Shown in pieces: positions 53,049 to 64,000 of a stretch of 64,000 bases of DNA. The notes below the pieces were generated by a model that was given only the letters and a program-made list of their open reading frames with translations, was not told where the DNA came from and searched no databases. This stretch comes from Octopus sinensis (taxonomy: Eukaryota), in assembly GCF_006345805.1 (NCBI RefSeq), contig NC_043004.1, forward strand, positions 62,620,001 to 62,684,000. The letters run 5' to 3'. Positions within the stretch are counted from its first letter, which is position 1. Every line of letters starts with the position of its first letter. The position numbers were made by a program, and so were the translations under genes.

Positions 53049-53597
53049 GATGCAGTACCAGGCAGTGGTTCTCATGGCTTCTGATCTTAACTGATTGGAA
53101 GTGTTATCATGTACATTGTTTTGTCTTGGTATAAAAGATGGGCTACAGCAAATATTCTGCTCAATACCACAGATTTGCTTGTCAGTTGTTTGACCATAAC
53201 CAGTTGAGCATGTCCCTTAGTGGCTGACGATATGTGCATCTCTGATCACGAGCAGAAGTAGTGGGGGAGCATCATAGCCATGTGTTGAGAGGGATTCTTT
53301 GGGGTTTGAATAATTCACCTCTGGAAACATGGGTGTTTCTTTCAACATCCTTAAACAACCCTTATTCAGGGACCTTTTGAGTGGGATGGGCTACTCAACC
53401 CGAAGAAAATTCTAACTGGGCCCCACCTGCAAGGTCATGTGCTGTTTATCTTGATATGAGATCACCATGTCGCGCACATATGGTTGTGATGCATGTGCCT
53501 GGTGTACCCTTATCAGACGGGTAGTCATGATGGGTATATTGGGCTTCGTATATTTTACCCCAGTGTCACTTTGATGGCATGAACTGCTCTCTCACTC
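53049..53597 (+). mobile_element. (AAT)n-tailed non-coding retroposon-like repeat, copy 1
   Basis: Three copies share the 3' end CTCTCTCACTC(AAT)n; this is the longest. Strand is inferred from the truncation pattern. Confidence 0.7.
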
Positions 53598-53644
<47 letters not shown>

Positions 53645-53651
53645 TAATAAT

Positions 53652-54113
53652 AGATGGGTTACAGCAAATATTCTGCTCAATACCACAGATTTGCTTGTCA
53701 GTTGTTTGACTTTAACCAGTTGAGCATGTCCCTTAGTGGCTGACGATGTGTGCATCTCTGATCACGAGCAGAAGTAGTGGGGGAGCATCATAGCCATGTG
53801 TTGAGAGGGATTCTTTGGGGTTTGAATAATTTACCTTTGGAAACATGGGTGTTTCATTCAACATCCTTAAACAACCCTTATTCAGGGACCTTTCGAGTGG
53901 GATGGGTTACTCGACCTGAAGAAAATTCTAACTGGGCCCCACCTGCAAGGTCATGTGCTGTTTATTTTGATATGAGATCACCATGTCGCGGACATATGGT
54001 TGTGATGCATGTGCCTGGTGTACCCTTATCAGACAGGTAGTCATGATGGGTATATTGGGCTTCGTATATTTTACCCCAGTGTCACTTTGATGGCATGAAC
54101 TGCTCTCTCACTC
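53652..54113 (+). mobile_element. Same repeat, copy 2 (5'-truncated)
   Basis: Starts at AGATGGGTTACAGC. Confidence 0.7.
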
Positions 54114-54158
<45 letters not shown>

Positions 54159-54166
54159 CAATAAGA

Positions 54167-54626
54167 AGATGGGTTACAGCAAATATTCTGCTCAATACCA
54201 CAGATTTGCTTGTCAGTTGTTGACTTTAACCAGTGAGCATGTCCCTTAGTGGCTGACGATGTGTGCATCTCTGATCACGAGCAGAAGTAGTGGGGGAGCA
54301 TCAAAGCCATGTGTTGAGAGGGATTCTTTGGGGTTTGAATAATTTACCTTTGGAAACATGGGTGTTTCATTCAACATCCTTAAACAACCCTTATTCAGGG
54401 ACCTTTCGAGTGGGATGGGTTACTCGACCTGAAGAAAATTCTAACTGGGCCCCACCTGCAAGGTCATGTGCTGTTTATTTTGATATGAGATCACCATGTC
54501 GCGGACATATGGTTGTGATGCATGTGCCTGGTGTACCCTTATCAGACAGGTAGTCATGATGGGTATATTGGGCTTCGTATATTTTACCCCAGTGTCACTT
54601 TGATGGCATGAACTGCTCTCTCACTC
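54167..54626 (+). mobile_element. Same repeat, copy 3 (near-identical to copy 2)
   Basis: Same truncation point and the same diagnostic substitutions as copy 2. Confidence 0.7.
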
Positions 54627-55332
54627 AATAATAATAATAATAATAATACCTGACGTTACATGACTAGGTTTTGTAATTTTAGAAAGAAATCGAATTGCCC
54701 GTCAAACAATCAATACCATTGGGATAATATACACTCTTCAAGGTTGTTAAAATGCTAAGTAGAAAGCAACGGATAAACGCATTGCTGTATACGTGATGCA
54801 GATTCAAATTCTTAATCGAATCTTAATGAACACTTCTCTACCTTTAATTGCAAAAGTAGAGCATGATACTTCTGTAGTAATTATGATCTGGCAGTTAAAA
54901 GACGATTTGAATGACTGGGCATGCTGGTTTATTATTAGGAATGTTACTCTCCGTAAATAAGGCAGCAAATTTTGTAGTTGATGAATTAGGGAAAGCAGTT
55001 CCATCTTACACTTTACCAGAAGCAGAATTTAGAAGCGTAATTTATTGATTAAAAGATTATTCTCATATAAATTATAAGACACTTAATAAGATGTTCTTGT
55101 GAAACATGCTTTGATATATATAAATTTACATATTAATGCCGACGCAATCTGAATGTAACTTTTGTATTATTATATTTTTAAATCAGTGCGTGTACAGGTG
55201 ACCGTATACATAATATTACATAAGAGGAAACTTAAATCATTCGACACGTACATACAGTGATATGCGCCCGAATGTTGATTTTTATACGCATATCAGATAT
55301 ACATATGTGTGTGTATGTGTATAGCTATATGC

Positions 55333-55371
<39 letters not shown>

Positions 55372-55517
55372 TGTGTGTGTGTGTGTATGTGTGTGTGTAT
55401 ACACGCATGTATAGATAGATACATGTACATATATAGTTATATGTGTATATATATGTATACATATATATACATATAACTATATTGTATATGTATCTATCTA
55501 TTTATACATGCATCTAT

Positions 55518-55560
<43 letters not shown>

Positions 55561-55846
55561 ATATATATATTATATATACACACAGAGACACCCTCAGACG
55601 CATGCATACTACAATATATACACATTGGGTTCCAGGCATTCGTACTGATATAGGTAGACTAACATAAAAATATATGCAGATATGCATACAAGTTGTACAT
55701 GTTTGCATACGTAGTATCCATTAGTTTACCAATGCATTAATAAGTGTACGAGTACTAATGCTTGCAGCCAAAGTATGTAAAATACTGCAGGCTGGATGCA
55801 TTGCTTTAATTGCTGCTTGTAGATATATAATGTAAATATATATATA

Positions 55847-56073
55847 TTTCTTTACTACCCACAAAGGGCTAAACACAGAGGGGACAAACAAGGACAGACA
55901 GAGGGATTAAGTCGATTACATCGACCCCAGTGCGTAACCGGTACTTAGTTTACCGACCCCGAAAGGATAAAAGGCAAAGTCGACCTCGGCGGAATTTGAA
56001 CTTAGAACGTAACGACAGACGAAATACGGCAACGCATTTCGCCCGGCGTGCTAACGTTTCTGCCAGCTCGCCG
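55847..56073 (-). mobile_element. SINE family B with the TTTACTACCCACAAAGGG tail type
   Basis: Close match to 63113-63348. Confidence 0.85.
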
Positions 56074-56159
56074 CGTTATATATATATATATATATTCATA
56101 TATACATACATATATTTACATACATCCATATATAGGTATATATAGTTACAGACATATAG

Positions 56160-56400
56160 ATGGACAAATGGAAAACGAGACAAGTGACATAAAAAACGAC
56201 TCTTCATCAGTTGCCGGCTGTCTATCTACTAATCATTTCGAGCAATTAAAGAAAATATGAGACTTCGAAAAGGCAATTGCTCCCGAGAACCAAAATAAAA
56301 TTTGTGATTTGCGAAGTGTCAAAGCTGGTAACAAAAACAGGACAGCGCAGACATACAACAAACCTAACGGAAACAAATATGGAAGGAGGTTAGGCCAGAC
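56160..56400 (-). repeat. Dispersed repeat related to 8555-8760 (probable PLE pseudo-LTR)
   Basis: Shared CTTCATCAGTTG.CGGCTGTCTATCTACT..TCATTTCGAGCA. Confidence 0.5.
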
Positions 56401-56588
56401 TAGGTGAGGTAGCGAACGCTGGAGGAACAGAATATTGTCTTTGACAAGAGAAAAGATAGAAGAGGAGATATGTAAGAATGCGTTTAGTCTGTATGTCAGA
56501 CTGAAAGAAAAGAAAGATGATCATGTGAGCAACGATAGAGAGGAAAAGAGAAAGAGGGAGAGAGACAGGCACAATACGATGACGGGGA

Positions 56589-56637
<49 letters not shown>

Positions 56638-57285
56638 GTAATTATTCTTTAAATATATTTGCGAAATATTTTTATCAGCTTTGTAGAAATGATTTTTTAA
56701 AATCAAGGTAAGAATGCGCTTAGAAACCTAGAGAAAAGAGGATGTGGAAGGGTTTAGTTAACCCAAATAAACTCTAATTAAGAAAACGGCACCCAAAATT
56801 TCGTCACGTCTTTCCCTGAGTGATATTTTATATTTGCGACTGCAAAATCATTACTATAAAGAAATTTACTGGGGAATATTAGAAAATAGTGGCTGCTATT
56901 TCGACCATCCACTATTAAAATGGGATGAAAAATTCGATTAGATTTGTTCTTTTGCAGTTGTATATGATTTGTAGCCCTGTGTGGCTAATAAAGAAAGATA
57001 TTATATAAATCGGTATTAAGGGGTGAAATTAGGTGTTTGTAAATATCGCCGTTCTTTATTGTCAATTGGGACAGAATCAAGCATACGTCCATAATCAAAA
57101 GCATTCTATTCTTATTTCTGTGGTTTATTTTCTTTGAGATTTTGAACTCTATCTAGAAATACCAGAGTGTTCGTAGCGGTCCTCCCGTTAAGGTACGAGA
57201 TGATAAAACATTATACGAAATGATAAAATGATACAATATGATAAATGGTGACAGCGTAAGATTTATTAGTGGCGATTGAAGTTGG

Positions 57286-57326
<41 letters not shown>

Positions 57327-57447
57327 TATATATGCGTGTGTGTATCTGGTAACGATCTGGGCAATTTATGTTTGAGCTAACATGGAATGAGGTTTTAGAA
57401 TCACAAATTGCGTGCGCTAACTATATGGTAAAACCTACATATATACT

Positions 57448-57610
57448 CCCGGTGTGGTTGTGAAGTAAGAGGTTTAATTCTGAACTACATGGTGCAAAGT
57501 TCAGTCGCATTGAGTGGCAACTGGGGCCAGTCTTCTATTATAACCCCGCGATGATCAAAACAACGTGAGACGATTTACTAGACGGAAACCAAGAGAAGCC
57601 TAACGTATAT
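57448..57610 (+). mobile_element. Old 5' half of SINE family A
   Basis: Degenerate head through TAGACGGAAACC..GAGAAGCC. Confidence 0.55.
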
Positions 57611-57824
57611 TTGTGCATGTGTGCACGCGCAGTGTGTGCGTGCGTGTGTGCGCGCGCGCGCGCGTGTGTGTGTTATTCTGCCCTAGGAAATGTTCGGTTA
57701 AATAAGCTAGATCTGTCTCTAACAATGCCAGATGTTATAAGCCTGGTGCACTTTTAATCAGTTGTCAGAAGTCGTGGCAAGTTCAATGTGAAAACTATTC
57801 TCAGTTATCTCACAATATATACTA

Positions 57825-58130
57825 CTAAAAACATTGGTTATTTTCATTTATAGACAATCGCCTGCCATGCATTACCATGTGTTGAACATGAACAATGATT
57901 TCCTCGGTGGTAGCAGACAGAGAACTTGGGTCACCTTCAAGACTCTCCCTTCTCCTTGACATTTCACCTGCTCTGGTTTGCACTATTGTTAAGGCTGGGG
58001 CATCTTCCCCTAAAGTAGCAACCATGTCAGCATGAATTTCCTATGTGGAATTACCCTTTTTTCTGCGGGTAGCAGATAAAACCACGATGCCAAAATTTGA
58101 ACATCTTTCCAGATAAGTCGCTTCTAGTTA
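57825..58130 (-). mobile_element. Second mariner relic (N-terminal HTH region)
   Basis: EIHADMVATLGEDAP...RESLEGDP..ATTEEII..VQHMVMHGRRL parallels the 36394 transposase N-terminus. Confidence 0.7.
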
Positions 58131-59025
58131 TATTTGCAGTTTCTTCGATGAATCACACGTCTGTTTACTTTGAAAGAAACAATACAGTTATTAATAAGAA
58201 GTTTTGACATTAATGTATGCAATATTTCACAATTCTAGTACCACTACGTCATAGTCAATCTATGAAATTTTCAGTTCAACTTAGTATTTCGTTTTATGTC
58301 TATTTAGAAATGAAATTTTCAACCTACATATATTACGCATGGCAGATGCTCTGCTAAATGGACCAACAACACTATGCCTTAAGTCACTACCGAAAATATA
58401 TACCACGTTTGTTTGTAGGCCTTAAATACGGAGGTCTATACAATTTAATTTTGAGGGATATTAGACATGACACACATTATTAACAGTATGAAAATAGTGT
58501 TGCATGTGAAAGCAATGATAATTGTTTCACAAAATATACTAGACTCTTAATGATGAGAAAATAAAAGAAATAAAATGTAACGGCAGTAAAACTTTATATC
58601 ATGAACAAAGACGTTAGGAGCCTAGATGATAGGCAACCTTTATGCAGATTTTAACTCACAGTATAGGGAAATTAAACATGCCTAAAGTAAGCAACGGAAC
58701 AATCGAATATTTAGCCAGGAATCCATATGCCTACGACACGTGCTATCGCAATGGTGAAATCTAATTTATGCAGCAGCTGTTGAAGGAGAACAGATCAGAG
58801 GAAGGGTATAAAAGAAAGTTATAATTATCTGCAGTTAACGTGGAATAAATGTATAATAGAAATTGATATGATAAAAGCGAATATACAGAATTAAAACCTA
58901 TGTGCTAATAGTTTCATGGCAAGAATTACTTGAATGTGAATACATGCATGCAAACGATATATCTGAAATTGGGTGTAATATAAAATAAACTGTTTTATAC
59001 GTAAAATTAAACTGAATAATATAGT

Positions 59026-59063
<38 letters not shown>

Positions 59064-59064
<1 letters not shown>

Positions 59065-59206
59065 TTTATTTAAAGCAGCAGAAAATTCAACAAAACCTGT
59101 ACCAGGTTTTGTTGAATTTTCTGCTGCTTTAAATAAAGCATATTACTCTACCACTGGTATTTGAGTACTTTTTTTTCCACCTTGTTTCACATTTATGTGT
59201 TTACTC

Positions 59207-59208
<2 letters not shown>
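59064..59208. repeat. Repeat end with a perfect 36-bp fold-back palindrome (59064-59138), between (TA)n tracts
   Basis: CTTTATTTAAAGCAGCAGAAAATTCAACAAAACCTG-TAC-exact reverse complement. Confidence 0.9.
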
Positions 59209-59259
<51 letters not shown>

Positions 59260-59668
59260 ATATATATATGTGTATATTTACAAAAAAAGGTATTCTTACA
59301 TGTATTGATATGATTACATGTGCCTAAATGTAAATACATTCATGCACAGAATGCTAACACTTACACACATGTATGTAAACGCACCTCCGAACACTCACCG
59401 GCACGCATGCATGTTGGTAGATATAAGAAGGTAGGAAGGTAGAAACTTCGATGATAGACAGAGAGATAGATATATGGAGAGATAAATAGAATAGATACGC
59501 ATAGGTTAGCATACAATGCACAAGATACTGGCTTTTCTTTTGTGTAATTACATATGGGCTAACGTAAACGCTGTAATAAAATTATGTGTACGAGATTTTT
59601 CTTTTTGTATAGAGAGGGCTTATAAATTGAAACATCCTACTCCCCTATCTCTCTCTCTCTCTCCCTCG

Positions 59669-59709
<41 letters not shown>

Positions 59710-59745
59710 GCATATACATATATATACACACATGAATATATTCAA

Positions 59746-59778
<33 letters not shown>

Positions 59779-59837
59779 TGTCTATAGACACATACATATA
59801 TTGCATTTATACATACACACACACATATATGCATGCA

Positions 59838-61945
59838 TACTTTGATACTTTGATAGGTTTCGGCCATTATTGGCCCAGGCCATGTCTAACTTAATAGCAC
59901 CACCTGGTGAAGTCTTTCAAGTCAGAATTTGGGCACTATGGCCCACTCAAGTAGAGAGTTATTGTTTACAGAGACATATCCGGGTGTAGGGGGTTTATCC
60001 GGGATTTCTTGAAGGAATCTGTCCAAAGACTTCTTGAACCCTATAGGGTCAGTTTCTTTTAATGCGTTTTGGTGTAATGTTAAAGAGAGCGGGGCCAATT
60101 GAGGTGAAATAATTGTGCCGTATTGTTGTTATGAGATGAGAGTGCGATTTTTGTTTGGGCGGATGGCACGGGGCCCAAGCCTTGGATGTACCTTAAAGGT
60201 GATGCCAACATCATTTGGGCAATGCTGATGGAATATTTTCCACATCATGCAGATGATGTAGCGCTCACGACGACGTTGGAGAGAATAGAGTTTTAGCTTT
60301 TCTAGTCGACCCCAATAGTCGAGGCCTGTCATGCCATCTATCTTTTTTGTGATTGCCCTTTGAGGTGCTTCGACTTTTATGATACCTTGTATTGTGGGGG
60401 AGACCACAGTGGACAACAGTATTCAAGGTGGGGTCGGGCAAAAGTGGAGAAGAAAGGATAATGGGTGGATATCTCTCGACTGGAAAGTTCTGAGAATCCA
60501 GGAACACATTCTGCGGGCCATGTCAACTTTGGTGTTTATATGAGTGGCCCAGCTTACGTTGTTGTCCCAATTACTCCCAAGTCTCTGATGTTGTTGGACG
60601 CCGTGAGAGTTTCACCTGAAGGAAGGGAGTATGGGAGTTTCAGGGCATCCTCTTTTCCAAAGTGGATTAGCTCAAATTTTCCTCGTTCAGCAGCATATTG
60701 TTTTTTTCTGCCCATTGGATAACAGCCAGTAGATCTGACTGAAGGCATGTCCGGTCACTCGCCTCATTTATGACCTTCTGTAGCTTGGAGTCATCTGCAA
60801 AGATTTTTATGTTGCTGTGCTTGATGATGTCATTAATGTCATTAATGTAAATGATGAAAAGAAGTGGGCCCAGCACAGTGCCTTGCGGAACGCCACTACT
60901 GACTTTGGCTGGGCTTGATTTTACCCCTTCAACTACAACATGTTGAGATCTGTCTGTCAGGAAACACTTAATCCATTTCAGTAACTTTCCAGAGACACCA
61001 ATGTTGGATAGTTTTTTCAATAGGATCTTGTGATCGACCCTGTCGAAGGCCTTACTGAAATCAAGGTAGATGACATCGGTGTTGGAGCCCTCTCCAAAGC
61101 TCTCAAAATGTCCTCAAAGTGATGCAGGAGCTGCGTTAGGCAGTCCCTTCCATTACGGAACCCATGTTGGTTGGAGATCAGCCGTCTGTTGCTTTCCAGA
61201 AATTGGGTTATTTGAGATCTCACCACCCTCTCAAATACCTTGATGATATGAGAGGTGAGTGAGATCGGACGGTAATTCACTGCAAGGGACTTGTTTCCCT
61301 TTTTGAAAACTGGGACAACAGACTGGGACAGAAGGTTTTTTGGAATATAACCGGCATCCAGTGAGTTTCTCCACTGATTAGCAGGGGTGATGCAAGTTGG
61401 TGTCGACACACCTTCAGGACACAAGCAGGGAACCTATCGGGGCCTGCTGCTGAATTGTGTTTAATTTCGTTTATCACTGTTAAGGCATCAGGGGCGCTAA
61501 ACGTTATGTCCGATATAGTGTGTTGGGGGTTGACATCACTGATACAGCCCAGATCGGCCATATCAGGATTGCTGAAAACAGAGCATATTGTTTCTGCAGT
61601 ATCTCGGCCATGGATTTGGCATTATCTTGGAGAGTGCCAGTTTCGTCAATTAGAGGGCCTACAGTGGAGACAGTGACCCTGCGTTTCCTCGCAAATGAAA
61701 AGAACACTTTGGGGTTGAGTTTGATTTTTTCAATGGCCCACTTCTCCTCAGCTGATCTTTGGTTATTGATGAGGGACTTCATGCATTGTTGGAGGTTATA
61801 TTTTTTGGATTCAAGCAGTGCGATAGCTGTCGAATGTGTGTGTTGCTGTTGGCAGTACTTTAGTTTGTTAATTTTTTTGTTTGTTCTTTTTATTTTTCTG
61901 ATAATGGTTTTTCTGTTTTGGGGGATTCTGCACTTTTTGTTCACA
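59838..61945 (-). mobile_element. 5'-truncated CR1-type LINE (post-EN linker, full RT, 3' UTR, (AAAGTATC)n tail)
   Basis: NPKVFFSFARKR, NYRPISLTSHIIKVFE, QHGFRNGRDCLTQLL, YLDFSKAFDRVDH, SGVPQGTVLGPLLF and IFADDSKL; several frameshifts. Confidence 0.95.
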
Positions 61946-62070
61946 GGTCTTGGTGGGGAGTGTGGAGTGTTTTGCATGTATGTATGTATGCATATATGTA
62001 TGTGTATGTGTATGTGTGTAAGCTATGTATATATACATATATATATATATTATATATACATATATATAAT

Positions 62071-62143
<73 letters not shown>

Positions 62144-62898
62144 CATACACTCATATATCTATGTGTATGTGTTTGTTTGTCTATGTGTATGAGTCTGCGT
62201 GTTTGTGTTTATACATATATGAATACATATGTGAATGTATAAAGTTATATGTATCTATGAATATATACACAGATTATCATACATATTCACATACACGTAC
62301 GTACACATTCCCACACACCCACAGGCATATAGTTTTTAAGTAAACAAACAAAATATGAATTCAAATGTAACCGTTTCTTCAACACATGAAAGATGATACA
62401 CGATGAGCAAAAAATGCATTGAAAAATACATCGAAATTAAATGGGGACTAAGAGGTAATATTGATGGAAGGTATCAAAGTCTTGACTAGCGGAATGGTAA
62501 GCCTGTCATATATTAATGCATTACATGTGAGTATATGAGTCCTAAGTAGTGTAGTCACATTTAACAGCGTATGGTCGGTTCTGGGAGTAAAAAATTTAAA
62601 AAAATAAAGATCGTGAAAACATTTCAGAAATAAAAGGAAACTTACAGGAAGTAACAGGGGAAATGTTTGAAAATATATCATGTGAAGATGAAAGATGAAT
62701 TAAAAGGTCTATGAAAGTGAAAGACGGGAGTAAAGAACAAGACCGATATACCGATAAACCGATATACCGATGTTTGCTTAGAGACAGGAGACAGTATTAT
62801 GTCACGACGCATTTGGAGTTGAAGTAGAAACTGTTACTATTGGTGTTTAGGCATACATGTGTAAAACAACTACACATACACACGCACACATACACACA

Positions 62899-62952
<54 letters not shown>

Positions 62953-63004
62953 CATACATATATATATGTATGTATTATGTATATGTATGCATGTATATTA
63001 GATT

Positions 63005-63348
63005 ACGTCGACCCCAGGAGACTACTGGTACTTAATTTATCGACCCGAAATAATAAAAGGCAAAGTCGACCTCAGCGGAATTTGAACTCAGAACGTAAAG
63101 GCAGACGAAATACCTATTTCTTTACTACCCACAAGGGGCTAAACACAGAGAGGACAAACAAGGACAGACAAACGGATTAAGTCGATTATACCGACCTCAT
63201 TGCGTAACTGGTACTTATTTAGTCGACCCCGAAAGGATGAAAGGAAAAGTCGACCTCGGCGGTATTTGAACTCAGAACGTAACAGCAAACGAAATACGGC
63301 TATGCATTTCGCCCGGTGTGCAAACGTTTCGGCCATCTCGCTGCCTTG
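63005..63348 (-). mobile_element. SINE family B: partial copy (63005-63112) plus full copy (63113-63348) in tandem
   Basis: The GTCGACCTC.GCGG.ATTTGAACTCAGAACGTAA core occurs twice. Confidence 0.85.
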
Positions 63349-63384
63349 TGTTAGCAAGAAATATTCAAATGAAACTGAACAATG

Positions 63385-63635
63385 ACATACTTACATACAT
63401 ACATGCATACATACATACATACATACATACATACATACATACATACATACATACATGCATACACACATACATACACACATACACACATACACACATACAT
63501 ACATACATACATACATACATACATACATACATACATACATGCATACACACATACATACACACATACACACATACACACATACATACATACATACATACAT
63601 ACATGCATACATACATGCATACATGCATACATACA

Positions 63636-63666
<31 letters not shown>

Positions 63667-64000
63667 GCACATACATACACACATACATACACACATACAT
63701 ACACGCATACATACATACATACATACACATATACATACATGCATACATACATACACACACATACATACATACATACATACATACATGCATACATACATAC
63801 ATGCATACATACATACATACATACATACATACGCACATACATACACACATACATACACACATACATACACACATACATACACACATACATACATACATGC
63901 ATACATACATGCATACATACATACACACACATACATACATACATACATACATACATACATACATACATACATACAAACATACATACATACATACATACAT
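63385..64000. repeat. (CATA)n/(CACATA) microsatellite running off the window
   Basis: Direct reading. Confidence 0.95.

Noticed and set aside
53049-54626. CRISPR-like repeat-spacer array
   Set aside because: Eukaryotic context; the units are about 460-550-bp retroposon copies separated by microsatellite.
56195-56225. Minus-strand CUGAUGA half-motif (also at about 8660)
   Set aside because: The 3' half (GAAA/stem III) is not present in the window.
184-64000. Dozens of YI/HT/CV/poly-I/poly-N ORFs in the ORF track
   Set aside because: They are translations of (TA)n, (CA)n, (TATG)n and (AAT)n microsatellites, not genes.

Overview
Eukaryotic, very AT-rich, microsatellite-saturated DNA. The repeat content (tRNA-headed SINEs with internal TA/TG tracts, R4/Dong, CR1, RTE, Penelope-like elements, mariner) suggests an octopod cephalopod; this is inferred from recalled repeat families, not from a database search. 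Nearly all ORF-track entries are translated microsatellites. No host gene could be named; only a few weak exon candidates exist. The window is nested transposon debris: SINEs of 3 head types, CR1, RTE and R4/Dong fragments, a Tx1-like ORF1, Penelope-like (PLE) RT/GIY-YIG relics, a full-length mariner, a Tc1 relic and a non-autonomous Helitron. The main unexpected signal is a set of about 10 type I hammerhead-ribozyme (HHR) motifs from about 5-6 sequence families, all with self-complementary stem III (the dimer-type architecture known from PLEs and metazoan retrozymes). The best case is a non-coding 472-bp unit arranged in tandem and inverted copies (6772-8416) with one HHR per unit. A diverged relative (19518-20055) shows compensatory base changes in the HHR and in three other helices, suggesting a conserved, structured, self-cleaving and possibly circular RNA. 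Several of these elements also carry fold-back palindromes, one with demonstrable 2-nt microhomology.
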